Positions 33,964-46,962 of a DNA stretch of 64,000 bases are shown here, one piece after another. This stretch comes from Octopus vulgaris (Eukaryota). The position numbers and the translations under genes were made by a program. The DNA is taken from the NCBI GenBank assembly GCA_951406725.2, contig OX597832.1, positions 3,472,001 through 3,536,000 of the forward strand, given 5' to 3'. Each line of letters begins with the position of its first letter. Position 1 is the stretch's first letter. The notes beneath the pieces were generated by a model. It was given only the letters and a program-made list of their open reading frames with translations. It searched no databases and was not told the DNA's origin.

Positions 33964-35989
33964 CTGTAGAAGGATGCTCGTTGGTTAAACAACAGGCTGT
34001 CAATATCTTGGAATGAGGGGCAAAACAATTTGTTTCATCCTCGTTTAAAAACTCATCAGAGATTACTTTATAAGTAGTTCTACACTATACCATTCTGGTA
34101 GTTTGGAAGACTAGGGTAGATGATTGTTGATGAGTCTTTAATGAACAATGAAAGTTGTGAGTTTTGTATCCATTCCAAGCTGCTGAAAACCTGTGGTTTA
34201 ATCACATGGTTTACTTTCCTAATGAAACTACTTGTACATTTATCACTTGAGAATTTATTAATAACCCATAGTGTATTGGTTCTGTACTTATAGTCTATGA
34301 TAATTGTTTAAGTAACCATTGCTAAAGAGAAATCAAAGAGCAACAAATGGATGAACTGATTAGAAACCAGATGAAAAGTAGAGGACTAATGGGTTTTAGC
34401 CAAACACTGATGTTGCACTATGTTAAGGACCTTAAAAGCCAGCTTTTAACAGTGCAATGTACCACTAAGCTATTAGTAGATACTATTGGTAGTACATCAC
34501 TGATTCATTAGTTTGCAATGTAGACTTCAACTCTTCATGACTGTAAGACCAGAAAAGAGTTACTTACATGTTCATAACAGTATTAAGCATGGTTTCTGAA
34601 TCTCAAACATGACAATGAAAAAGTTTCAATATAATTTTTTTTTATGCATAAAAAAAATCCTTAAAACACTGAAATTAAAACTGATCTAATACATAACATC
34701 CTGATGAGGGGTGACCAAGCAAATCCGCCTAAAACAAGTCAGTAAACAAACACAGTTGTAATTCCCAATGTATTACCATCAGTATTTAATCTACTTGCTA
34801 GAATTTAGGATAGTGTGAGTAGATGTCACGTGTCTCCTTTTGAGTAGGCGTCACGTGTCTTCCTGAAGAGAAAAATGATTTTCTCATTATGTCAGCAAAA
34901 TATAGAAATGTGTTGCTCTTAATATCATCTCCAATTTCTTTCACATCTGTGTCTTTATTTTTCCTGGGCAATAGAATGAATGATATTATATTCCCGCTGT
35001 AGGCATTTGGGCCCCACGCTTTCAACACAATTTATTACAAAAATAGAACATGATATAAAGTGGGAGAACCATATTAATAATTTATATTATTTAATATTTC
35101 ATTTAATTTTATCATAATTTATGCATAGGTCCAAAAACATGGTTATATAAGAATAGCGTGAGTGTACACTATTTTAGTTTTTTTTTTACATAGTTATTAT
35201 TTATTTATTTTCTTTTTAAAGTTTTTGTTGATAACCCTGAGTGATTTGTTTAAGACAGTAGTCTGCAGTTAGAGGAAGAACTAGTGACTATTTCTCACAG
35301 GTTGAGCGACCACATAGAGGCTCGTTGTTTTCTTGTACAGCGATGAAATAGTAAAGAAATTTCTCTTTCTATTCAAATTGGTGTGAGATGTCCTACCAGT
35401 CATTAGTGTCCGTAATTTTCCTAATCATTTTCATAACGAACATAATTATGTTAAGTTTTAATTCCTGCAAGTTGAAATTATTGAGAAAACATGGATAGGG
35501 AGTGAGTGTGATACTTAGTAGTAATAGCAAATCTGAAGATACTGCAGAAGCAATAAGATAATGTAGGTGGTAGTGTTGGTGGTGATATACTGTCAGGAAG
35601 TTGTAAAGATCAGAAATCATTCTAGTCAAAGGAGAAAGAAGAGAAAGGGTATTTTTTAAAATGTGCATATGGACAAATTAGTACCAGTGTCCAGTGAAGA
35701 GCGCACAGTCTCAAGTTTGTATTTAAAAGTAGTGTCTAATCTTAGTGTCAATTAAAATTAACACTACACTACTTAAGTAGGACTAATGTATTAATTAGCC
35801 TGCCACTATTACACTTTCTCAGATCCATCTTTTTCCCTTGTTGAGTGACAGGACACCCACACATCATTGACTGTTGTTTATGGATCTAACAGAACCTGGG
35901 AGCACTTTAATTCAGTAATGTATTAAACTAGATATTAATATTTAGTCAGATTCTTTTTCTTTTATCCTCTTCACTGTTTCAATGTCAGC

Positions 35990-36190
35990 TGAATATGAGT
36001 GCTTCTATGTGGTCACTTGATTTGCTAGAAAAAGCAGCTAAGTCTTCTTCACATTACACCCAATCATTTTAAAAACTAAATGACACATTGAACAATGTAA
36101 CCTGAACACACAAAAAAAGATGTATGGTCATGGATGGAACGTCTTTGATCATACTTCTACTAAATCATAGCCTGCCTGATGTTAAACAAT
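35990..36190 (+). repeat. Old dispersed SINE-like family, with more copies near 19780, 32010, 43190, 52170, 54820 and 59110
   Basis: Recurring motifs gctagaaa.agcagc.aa, acatt.gataatgta, tggtca..g.tggaa.g.ctttgatcata and ctaaacaac. Confidence 0.65.
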
Positions 36191-38219
36191 AACATCATCA
36201 TCATCGTTTAATGTCTGTTCTCCATGCTAGCATGGGTTAGACTGGAGCTGGTAGGCTGCACCAGGTTCCAGTCTGTTTTGGCTTGGTTTCTATGACTGGA
36301 TGCCATTACTAATGCCAATCATTCTACATTGTTGTGATATGTGGAGACGCTGGTGGACCTGTTATCATAGGCTTATGATCTGAGGGTAAGATACTCCCTC
36401 TGTTAAAGACAAATAAAAAATACTTTGGTAAAGAATTACCTTATTTAGATGTAACAGTTCTTTTATTGTCTTTTGTTATTTGAAAATACATTACAAACAC
36501 TACACACACACACACACACACACACACAATGTATGCATACATTAGATGGATAAGCACAGATCACTGAAATAATAGATGGTTTAAAATGGAGCCAGCATTT
36601 CACATTTGGCCAGGGTTGCATTGCACAGGTTTGGATAAATGGCTGACAATTCAAACATTTAAAGGTGTTGACCTGAGTTCAAAGGAAGCAAATGGGACCG
36701 AGAAATTAGTCTATGCTGTTCAGTATATGGATTGACTATGCATAAGTTCTCTTATTGATTTGGTATACTTGAATTTAAGCTTAGCAATAAAGCCATTTTA
36801 GCTGCTAGTAAAAGATGCATTCTGATATGAGAGGTTGCAATTTGGCTCAAACAGTTGATTCTTGAATAAATATACTAGCAGTCTGGTTCCTTTGCATTCT
36901 GAGTTGCAACTCCTCTGCTCACTTTGTTGATAAAACAAGTACTAGCAATATATACTGCTTGCTTTAAATTATTATAACCTTTCTCTTCATCAACTGGTTG
37001 TGTAAGAAATCAATATCATGAGATGAGAGAGTTGCAGGAATGGCCAAGTATTGAGTGGATCTAAATATTTTAAAGTATTTAGTTGAAATTCTGGTAGTTT
37101 TAAGTTGAAATACCCTATGGGGGTTTGAAGTTGGTATGTCATTCTTCTTGGCAGCAGCAAAGTAAGTGCTAACATAATCGACTATAATCAAGAATAATTG
37201 CCTCGTTCACAGAGAGAATAAATTGTTCACTTTTAATGACAAAGAACATTATAAAGAGACTATTCAGAAATTATCATGATGCAGTCAAACACATAAATAA
37301 AGCATTGTTTGAAACAAAAGACTGAAATAAACGGGAAATTAATTGAAACAACCATAAAATAATTGTTTAACACATAAATCTGAAAGTTGAGGGGTTCTTT
37401 TCTGGGAACATTAGCAATGTAACAAAAGTGAAATGGTTATAACTGGGAATTGAAACTGACTTGTACTTTATTCATACTAATGGCTAATGCAAATGTGTTT
37501 GTATATTAATCAGAGATTTTTGTTACAGAACTTCAAGATAAAATGCAAATAAATTTAACAAGAAATTTCTTTTTTTAGCTTTTTCTTTTCTTTTTTTTTT
37601 TTTTTTTTCACTGTGGGCAGCTTGGAACAATCACCAAATCGAGTAGACAATTTCAGTTATTTTTACTTTATATGGCAATAGTATCAATTCTATTTTTACC
37701 TCACTATGTAATTCTTACTTGTTTCCAGTTTAAAGGAATATAACAAAAACAAAAACTCTTATTTATTCCATTTTGCTTTATTTCACCCTCTTTCTCAAAA
37801 TTTGGCCTTCTTCTGTCTCGGGTTTTCATTACTGCCACTCTTACTACATCTCTCGACATAGAAATGTCTTATCTTTTTAAAATATTAATTTTATTTCTAT
37901 ATTTTCTTATATTTTCCCTCAATATTATCATCCTTCCTTTCCCTCCTCCTCCTCCTTATTCTATGTATTTTGATTTTAACCATTTCTTTATTACTGTCCC
38001 TATTACCCATACGTCTTCACAAACTTCTCGTATGTACAGACTCTTTTTTTTTATATTTATTAAAGTCAGCTTCTATTTCCTGAAATGACAGACAACTTCT
38101 ATCCTTTTTAACCACAAGAGATATTCTCCTCCACCCCTATATTTGAACTAGATTTTTGTTACCTATTTAGATGAAATCCAGCTGGCTCTGCATTCTTCAA
38201 GAGAAGCAGTCTGCTTGCC

Positions 38220-38300
38220 AGTGGGCGTGGGTGGGCGCTGACCCTACCTTATAGTTAAACCTCCTCCTCATTATACCAACAGTGGCAGGCGGGCGAATAG
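38220..38300. promoter_or_regulatory. Possible promoter/enhancer with GC-box (Sp/KLF) cluster
   Basis: gtgggcgtgggtgggcg and ggcaggcgggcg in an otherwise AT-rich context, at the edge of the CpG-retained domain. Confidence 0.35.
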
Positions 38301-39746
38301 TAGCGATGGTTAAAGCCAGCTTCGTAAATTCTAGAACCAAAATAGTGTCTGTTCACACTTGCAAGAGCCCTTCTGTTTTCTTTTTCTTTTCTTGTCTGTC
38401 TTTTTAGATGACTAATCTGCACAGCTTTCTCACATATTTTCACTTCATTTAATGTGAAAAATACAGAATCTAGATACTTTATCATAAATGTCGTTGTCCT
38501 GGCAAACCGTAACACCCCACCTCCTCCGCACTACTACTACTACTACTACTACCCCCCCCCCATCATCAACTTCGAAAAACGTTATCTCGATAACCAGTTC
38601 CTCATTGATATCAACATTCGAATGATGTAAATTAAAATGAAATCCCGACATCTGCATATTTAGAGCATATACATGAAAACGATCTCTAATTTATCAAGTT
38701 TTTTTTTTTTTTTTTCTGTAAAGAAGCTTTGTTAAAAATTAATACTAAAACAAGAAATTTCTGGGCTGAGTTATAAAGAATATAATCTCAATTGGAAAAG
38801 AAATAAACTAAGAATTTTGACCCCAGTTGTTGCAACAGATTTTGTAATGCGTAAAAAATAATCGACAGAAATAAATGTCTTCTGCTAACACTAAATTACT
38901 GATAACTATGATTATGGAAGATATGAACATATATTTTACAGATCATAAAGAGCTTGTTAACACCAGGCGTAGCCTCCTACCTTTCAATATATTGCAACAT
39001 TGCAGCTTCACGTAACTAGTTTGTTAGCAAGCCGGACAAAATACTTAGCAATATTTTCTTTTGGTTTTACGTTTTGAATTTGAATGCCACCGAGGTCGAC
39101 TTTGCAGGCCGATAAAATAAGTACTAGTTGCCAGCCTTGTGCCCCAAATTAGGGAGACTGAAAGAACAAAATTTCAAAAAAATTCCTTTCCTCCTCGTCA
39201 TCATCACTAGCGACATCTTCGAATTCAAATGTTTGGTGATTTCCTTAAATCCTTAAAAGTGTTTTAGCCCGAAGGCCGCAGCCATGCTGGGGCACCACCG
39301 CTGAATGAGCTACACTAATATGTGAATCCACCTCTGATACGTGGCACTTGATCAAAAAGGGAGTTCGATGCCGCTGCCCGCATCTGTGTCTCCTGTCGTG
39401 AGGTAGGTTCATCTGGGACCCCCGACAAGAAGAGATCCAGTTTAGTTTAAAAGAAACCCACATTTGTTTAAGTTTTTCAGGTTTGATTATCAAGACAGTC
39501 ACGTTGAGTGGATCTAAATTAGACTGTAAATGCCCATGAATAAATGATCAAGTGATCTACTGAGCCTTGAAATGGTCGTGTTTTAAGTAACGGAACTTAA
39601 TGAACGTATATGTGGACGATAACTGTATGTGTGGCCTCTTACGATAACTAGCGAATTTATCTAAATATATGTCTGTCATTGAAAAATGATTCTATGATTT
39701 ATTACCGTAAATGTAGTGTCTATATCAAAGAGTAAGAGTAAGATTT

Positions 39747-39938
39747 GCGGTATTTCGTCTGCCGCTACGTTCTGAGTTCAAATTCCGCTGAGGTCGACTT
39801 TGCCTTTCATCCTTTCGGGGGTCGATTAAATAAGTACCAGTTACGCACTGGGGTCGATATAATCGACTTAATCCGTTTGTCTGTCCTTGTTTGTCCCCTC
39901 TGTGTTTAGCCCCTTGTGGGTAGTAAAAAAATAGGTAT
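39747..39938 (+). mobile_element. Young 5'-truncated SINE
   Basis: B-box-like ctgagttcaaattcc followed by gaggtcgactttgcctttcatcctttcgggg, with CpGs intact. Family copies at 50, 27560, 39010, 50443, 54160 and 61240. Confidence 0.88.
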
Positions 39939-40140
39939 TAGCGCATTATGGCCATTTCAGGTGGCTCCATTTAATCGAACAAGGCGAGCATTACATCAAT
40001 TTGAAATACACCGCCATCTTCAGATGCATAATAAAACCCATATTATGATTACGAAGATGGCGGTGTATTTCAAATTTATATAATTCTTGCATTGTTTTAT
40101 TAAATAGAGCTGGCTGAAACGGCCATAATGCACTAATACC
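39934..40140. repeat. ~100-bp-arm palindrome with a ~7-nt loop
   Basis: Arms ggtattagcgcattatggcc...aatttgaaatacaccgccatcttc and its reverse complement. A 24-bp block near the loop is perfect. Confidence 0.9.
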
Positions 40141-40242
40141 TTGACATCCTTGTTACTTATTTGCATATATATATATATCGTCGGTAAATCATAAATCCGA
40201 AAAAGAAGCGCACTCTAAGTTGTAGAGCAGTATAGTATGTAG

Positions 40243-40443
40243 ATAAAGATAGATATGGCCGGTCTATGAGGTTACCCTGGGTTTCACGCCCATAAAGCAC
40301 TTAGCTTTACAGTGTTTCTTCAGCGTTTTTTTGTTTTTTCTTCTTGAGAGACCACTTGCTAGAGAGAGAGAGAGAGATGCAGTAAAGCTAAGTGCTTTAT
40401 GGACCTGAAACCCAGGGTAACCTCATGGACTGGCCATATCTAT

Positions 40444-40449
<6 letters not shown>
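40243..40449. repeat. Inverted-repeat element with ~68-bp arms (MITE-like)
   Basis: ataaagatagatatggcc...gaggttaccctgggtttca...cataaagcacttagctttac versus gtaaagctaagtgctttatg...tgaaacccagggtaacctc...ggccatatctatctttat. Confidence 0.9.
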
Positions 40450-40503
<54 letters not shown>

Positions 40504-40588
40504 GAGTGATGTATATATATATGTATATATATATATGTATGCATGTATATATATATGTATGCATGTATATATATATATGTATGTATGC

Positions 40589-40625
<37 letters not shown>

Positions 40626-40795
40626 CATGTATATATATATATGTATGCATGTATATATATGTATATATATATATATATTTATATTTGTATATATATATTT
40701 ATATGCATGTATGTATATATATATATATATATATATATCATCATCATCATCGTTTAGCGTCCGTTTTCCATGCTAGCATGGGTTATATTTATATG

Positions 40796-40834
<39 letters not shown>

Positions 40835-40865
40835 GTATATATATGTATGTATGTATATATGTTTG

Positions 40866-40904
<39 letters not shown>

Positions 40905-40948
40905 GTGTATATATATGCGCGTGTGTGTGTGTATGTATATATATACAC

Positions 40949-41000
<52 letters not shown>
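40450..41000. repeat. (TA)n/(TATG)n microsatellite
   Basis: Directly visible. Confidence 0.95.
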
Positions 41001-41003
<3 letters not shown>

Positions 41004-41150
41004 TAGTTGGCGTTAGGAAGGGCATCCAGCTGTTGAAACTCTGCCAGATCGGATTGAAGTCTGGTGCAGTCATCTGGTTCGCCAGACCTCAGTCAAATCA
41101 TCCAACCCATGCAAGCATAGAAAGCGGACGTTAAACGATGATGATGATAA
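41000..41150 (+). mobile_element. RTE-tail SINE 3' part
   Basis: gttggcgttaggaagggcatccagctg...ccaacccatgc..gcat.gaaagcggacgttaaacgatgatgat. Confidence 0.85.
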
Positions 41151-41474
41151 TGAGATATATAATATATGAAGAGCTCCCAGAAAATTGAAGCAAAGAATCT
41201 ACGACATCAATCACTTAGTCTGGGACAAAGAAGATAATGTAATAAAAGTTATTAACATTGTTCTCTCCAGTCTAAAATGCGGAAATAAACATACTGTTGT
41301 CAATTGACTGTAGACGTCTTTGATGTCACAGCTTATAGAGTTGTGCCGAGAATTAGACGCATCGATAGATCTCGATGCAAATGACATAACCTAATCACAA
41401 ACTATAACATAAGAAAATATCTGTCGTACAAAGTAATATGCGTTCTGTTTTTATTGATAAATAACACAATATCT

Positions 41475-42265
41475 GGATCTTTTCCTTTTGAACGGCACTT
41501 TGTAACATAATTTCTAGGTAACTAAAAAGTTTTAAACTTCGTATACTAGTAGAATGTGTTTATAAAACATCATTTTCTCTTGGCTTTATTGAGAAAATTC
41601 TATAGGTTGTAACATATTTCATATGAAATTTCTTGCATTTCGGCAATTTTAACCAATCAATTACCTCCATTGACGTAAATAACATTCTGTGCATAATGAA
41701 TATGTCCCTCCTTTAAGAAACAGATTGGGTTTATTTACATTTGTGAAGAAAAAAAAAGATACCCTTCCCCTATCCCTAACCCTAAATCTAAAATAGATTG
41801 AAATGCAATAGATCGATACTAGGGCCATAATTATGGGTGACATTTTCATTTGACACCGCTAGAAAAAAATCCCATTTTCCGTAGCGGTGTCGTATGAAAT
41901 TGTCACCCATAATTATGGCCCTAGTATCGATCTATTGCATTTCAATCTATTTTAGATTTAGGGTGAGAATTAGGGTTAGGGGTGGGGGAAGGGTATCTTT
42001 TTTCTTCACAAATGTAATTAAACCCAATATGTTTCTTAAAGGAGGGACATATTCATACAGCACGGAATGCTGTTTACCTAAATGAACTCCAGCGATTGGT
42101 TAAAATTGCCGAAATGCTCGAAATATCTTACAAACTATAGAATTTTCTCAATAAAGTCAAGAAAAAGTGATGTTTTATAAACACATTCTACCAGTATACG
42201 AAGTTTAAAAGTGTTTAGTTAGCTAGAAATTGTGTTGAAAAGTGCCGTTCAAAATGAAAAGATCC
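41475..42265. mobile_element. ~790-bp fold-back (fully palindromic) DNA element
   Basis: GGATCTTTTC...GAAAAGATCC termini, ~385-bp arms and a ~20-nt spacer. The mirror-image ORFs 41661-41849(-) and 41894-42085(+) confirm the symmetry. Confidence 0.92.
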
Positions 42266-44216
42266 GATAAAAGTTTTCTTTTTGGGACCAAAATCACAAT
42301 TCTGTGCTCTAATTCAATTGTATATGTTCCATGTATATATTTATGTAATTGTGAGGTTAATATTAGTGCTAATCGCATCCAAATTTCTGTTATGTAAGAT
42401 CATATTCCTTCTGTAACTATTTCGAAAGCTAAACGAAAGGGTAAAGCAATTTTCTGAAAAATCTGCGCTGTGTTTATAATTTACTCAAATTAGGTCGAAC
42501 TTCTAGGATAACAATTCAGTTACACTAACTAATCACTATTAATTCTCTAGCTTAATATTTTGTTGTGAAAACCACTCCCAGTTCATTTAATTTGGCTTCT
42601 GATTTTGAACAATAATAGAAAATAAATGGTTCATGATTCCATTCCATTCAGCAGTTTTCGCTGCTATACTGAATGAAGCTGCAGCATACCATCATTGCAA
42701 GGCTATCTATGCTGGTTGTAGATATGTTTCCTCACCCTGGTCAATTGTCGGTTGGTTAGGTTGCACCTCTGTTCGGGTGATTAGTCCTGGCCAGCGTATA
42801 CAACCTCGACTTGGGAAGAATTGTATCTATCAAATGTAACGCATTACATTCTGGAACTCTGTAGTGCAAGAGTTAAATTTTGCAGTCCGAGTTCGATTGT
42901 TAACAGCCCATTTCACTTCGTGTCAGCAAATAAACGTATGACCATTACAATATTTGTTTACTCTCGTAAAAGCAGAGGGCATGAAAGCTCGTAAAACATA
43001 AAACAGTTTTACATCTGGTTATGCATGAGTTACACGAGAATTATACGCCTGCTATTATACGTAAGACATGAGTTGAAATGTTATTGTCTGTGAAAACTAA
43101 ATTAGTATCACTTATATGAATCCTACACGGATTAGATCCTGATACACTAATAAATTTCACTGTTTAAAATGGGAGTCTATAAAGTCGCTCGAGCTGTTAG
43201 AAATAACAACCAAATCCCCTATAAATAAATTCCTATTCTATTAATGAAGAAGTTCACAATGAATAATGTTGTCCTTAATGAATTGAGTCAAAAAGACATA
43301 TGTGATGGTCATAGATGAAATGCTTTTGATCGTGCATATGTTTGTTCAGTGATAATATCAGAGGTAAACAACCAAACACCACAAATTCAAAGAACTGAAA
43401 ATTAAACAAAAGCCAAATCGTTCACAACCAAAAGGATCTATAGGTGCAACGCTCAATGGATTTTATTTTTATTAATCAGTAAACTCTGAGTCATGAATTG
43501 AAATATCTAGTGAATATATAGTGTAACTGAATTGAAAGGTAAAATAGTGCAATTTTGTCTTAATATTATCGTCCAAAAATAATTATCATACAACAAACCT
43601 TAACATAAAGCATTTTAAGTGTTTGTTTAGCGGTGTGCTCTTTATACTAATGTAAATTGGTCGTTAGTGACTTTCTGCTAGCAATATCATAAAGTCAAAT
43701 GTCTGTTGTAATTCGTATATTTCACCCAACACCAAAGCTTTCTAAATATCAAAGAGTCTACTTGTTTTCATACTGTCTGGTGTGAGACATTCATATAGGA
43801 ACACTAAGCATTTATCTACAAGAAATAATAGCAATGAACCCCAATAATAATTTCATATTTAAAATCCCAACATCATGTTCATTACAAAGTAGTGGGTGTA
43901 TGTGTGTATGACTGAAGAATATCCAAGTACAAACACAGGCGTGGCAGAATGGTTGACAATTTCGCTCCTCAATTAGAAGGTTACGTGTCCAGCTCCATAA
44001 TTTTGGATTGACGACTCTCTGTGGAATCCCATCAGGTAAAATGACCCTGCAGTTCAAATGTTCAGTGTGGTCACAGTATGGACGATTATGTTTTTCTAGG
44101 TATTGGATGGAGTCTGTGGTGTACTCAACCACTTACACTAAAATACAATGGTATATATTATATGTATGTGTGTATCTTTATCGTCTTTGTTTCAGTCATT
44201 AGACTGCTGCCATGCA

Positions 44217-44410
44217 GGCGTGGGTCTGTAGTAATAAGTTTGCTTCCCAGCCACATAGTTCTGTGTTCAGTTCCACTGCGTGACATCTTGGGTAACTGTC
44301 TTCTATTAGAGCTATAACCTCTGGCTGACCAGAACCTAGTGAGTAGATTTGGGAGAGGGAAACAAAGAAAAGCGCGCGTCTTTGTGTTTGTCCCCCACAA
44401 CTAGACAGTA
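44217..44410 (+). mobile_element. tRNA-derived SINE (family of 46579), degenerate
   Basis: gttcagttccactgcgtgacatcttgggtaactgtcttcta matches the 46579 head. Confidence 0.78.
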
Positions 44411-44804
44411 GAAAATCAATCTTTCAGAAGCTTACTAATAAGCGGAGTAAGATGAAAAGCTTTTTTTACGTATTGTAGAAAGGACAGGATTTCGGCACTT
44501 TTTTCGATTGTTCAGAAGTTTTAACGTCAGGCTTAGTTGCCCAAAGGCATAACGATATTAAAGAGATTCCTCCCCAGTTTCAACATTATCAGTTTCAACC
44601 TTGTCAACAGCATTCTCAAATTGATCATTGTTAGACGCAATTTTGTTATAGTCAGTCGCGATTACGTTGTCATCAATTTCGTTATCGCCAGCTTAAATTC
44701 CGTCACCGTAGGACTGAATAAATACTATATGTGTATAAGTATATACACCCAGTTGTTGTTGATACACCTGTCTTCATCTTTTGTTTCTCTGTAAATTTAA
44801 CAAA

Positions 44805-44849
44805 TAGAATATAATATAGTATAATATAATACACTATAATATAATATAA

Positions 44850-44885
<36 letters not shown>

Positions 44886-44989
44886 ATATATATATATATA
44901 TATATAAAATAATATATATATATATATATATATAAAATAATATATATATATATATATATATATAAAATAATATATATATATATATATAT

Positions 44990-45043
<54 letters not shown>

Positions 45044-45231
45044 TTTATTCAAAAGCAGCAGAAAATTCAACAACTGTTTCACGTTCCCGTTCGTCGGACA
45101 GTTTTTGCTCGAATAAAACCGATATGTCAATTCTATCAAGACTAGTATAAACGCTACATCTTTAAAAATGGACTTGTTTCATTGGTCCTTTCAAATAACG
45201 GTCAATTTCGAGCGATAAACAAAAATGAGCT

Positions 45232-45281
<50 letters not shown>

Positions 45282-45640
45282 AAAAGTATATATATGTATA
45301 TGTATAAATATATATGTACATATATATATATATATGTATATGCATAAATATATATGTACATATATATATATATATGTATAAATATATATGTACATATATA
45401 TATATATATGTATATGTATAAATATATATGTACATATATATATATATGTATATGTATAAATATATATGTATATGTATAAATATATATGTACATATATATA
45501 TATATGTATATGTATATATATATATGTATATATATATATGTATATATATATATATGTACATATATATATATATATGTATAAATATATATATATATGTATA
45601 TGTATAAATATATATATATATGTATATGTATAAATATATA

Positions 45641-45679
<39 letters not shown>

Positions 45680-45789
45680 GTATAAATATATATATATATG
45701 TATATGTATAAATATATATGTACAGATATATATATATATATATATGTATAAATATATATATATATGTATATGTATAAATATATATGTAC

Positions 45790-45848
<59 letters not shown>
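44805..45848. repeat. (TA)n-derived arrays at 44805-45042 and 45233-45848
   Basis: aaataa(ta)n units and tatgtataaatatatatgtaca units, directly visible. Confidence 0.95.
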
Positions 45849-45849
<1 letters not shown>

Positions 45850-46073
45850 TGTTGTGTCTGGGGAGAGTCATTTTCTTTTTTGTGCCTTATAATTTAACAC
45901 ACTCACCGGTAAAATTTCCACTTTTTTTTTATTTTTACTTTTCTAAAATTTTCGTTGCGTCTTGCAACCTTTTCAATAGTCGTTGAATCTGCCCGAAATA
46001 AGTGGAAATTTTACCGGTGAGTGTGTTAAATTATAAGGCACCAAAAGAGAATGACTCTCCCCGGACACAACAG
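45849..46073. mobile_element. MITE/fold-back element with ~75-bp inverted repeats
   Basis: ctgttgtgtctggggagagtcatt...ccttataatttaacacactcaccggtaaaatttccactt versus its reverse complement at about 46000-46073. Confidence 0.88.
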
Positions 46074-46324
46074 AATATGCTTCAACACGGGGACTCACAT
46101 AAAGAATCTTGCAAACCAAATCCAAAAACGAAATTTTCATAATTAGTATACAAAAATTTATCCATATACCAAATTTTAAAACAATTGGAATAAAATTGCA
46201 AACAGTGACGAAAACCACAAAGATCCTGTTCGACTAAAGGCGGTGCTCCAGCATGGCCGCAGTCAAAGGACTGAAGCAAATAGAAGAATATATATATGGC
46301 GAAGACAAAATAGATAACACCAGT

Positions 46325-46531
46325 TTAACCTTTTATTCATCATTCCCATATCTTACTTCTCTTTACATATTCTTAAAAGATCCAGCAAAATCAAAGCCAA
46401 TCCTGTATCTATTAATATTATTATATTAATTGACACTGGGCTGTATCATTGATTACCAAAAATGATTTTGTTGTTTTTTTAAAGAATATGTTAAAAGCAA
46501 TAAGAAATTGGAATAAAGAATAAAAAGTTAA
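46325..46531. mobile_element. Degenerate palindromic TTAA-flanked MITE
   Basis: ttaaccttttattc...acatattctt versus aagaatatgt...gaataaaaagttaa, with central symmetry around attaatat/atattaat. Confidence 0.7.
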
Positions 46532-46578
46532 ATTGATGTTATTAACTTTTGTCTTTGCGATGTTTTATTTATAGTATA

Positions 46579-46962
46579 GGCGTAGGAGTAGCTGTGTGGT
46601 AAGTAGCTTGCTTACGAACCACATGGTTCCAGGTTCAGTCCCACTGCGTGGCACCTTGGGCAAGTATCTTCTACTATAGCCTTGGGCCGACCAAAGTCTT
46701 GTGAGTGGATTTGGTAGACGGAAACTGAAAGAAGCCCGTCGTATATATGTATGTGTATCTGTGTTTGCCCCCCCCCCCCACAAAACATCGCTTGACAACC
46801 GATGCTGGTGTGTTTACGTCCCCGTAACTTAGCGGTTCGGCAAAAGAAGCCGATAGAATAAGAACTAGGCTTACAAAGAATAAGTCCTGGGGTCGATTTG
46901 CTCGACTAAAGGCGGTGCTCCAGCATGGCCACAGTCACCTGACTGAAACAAGTAAAAGAATA
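46579..46962 (+). mobile_element. Full-length tRNA-derived SINE
   Basis: A-box (tagctgtgtggtaag), B-box (ggttcagtccc), central domain and tail gactaaaggcggtgctccagcatggcc.cagtc...gactgaaac. Tail fragments also occur near 6915, 23380, 39270, 46232 and 61120. Confidence 0.92.

Noticed and set aside
34024-34059. Minus-strand CTGATGA-gtttt...aggat-GAAA-caaattg-TT
   Set aside because: Stem II is mostly G-U pairs and stem I is absent. At best a very old relic.
34701-34743. CTGATGA-ggg...cct-AAAA-caagTC
   Set aside because: G12 is missing, stem II is weak and there is no stem I.
41661-42085. Two similar ~62-aa ORFs on opposite strands
   Set aside because: Mirror images produced by the palindromic element.
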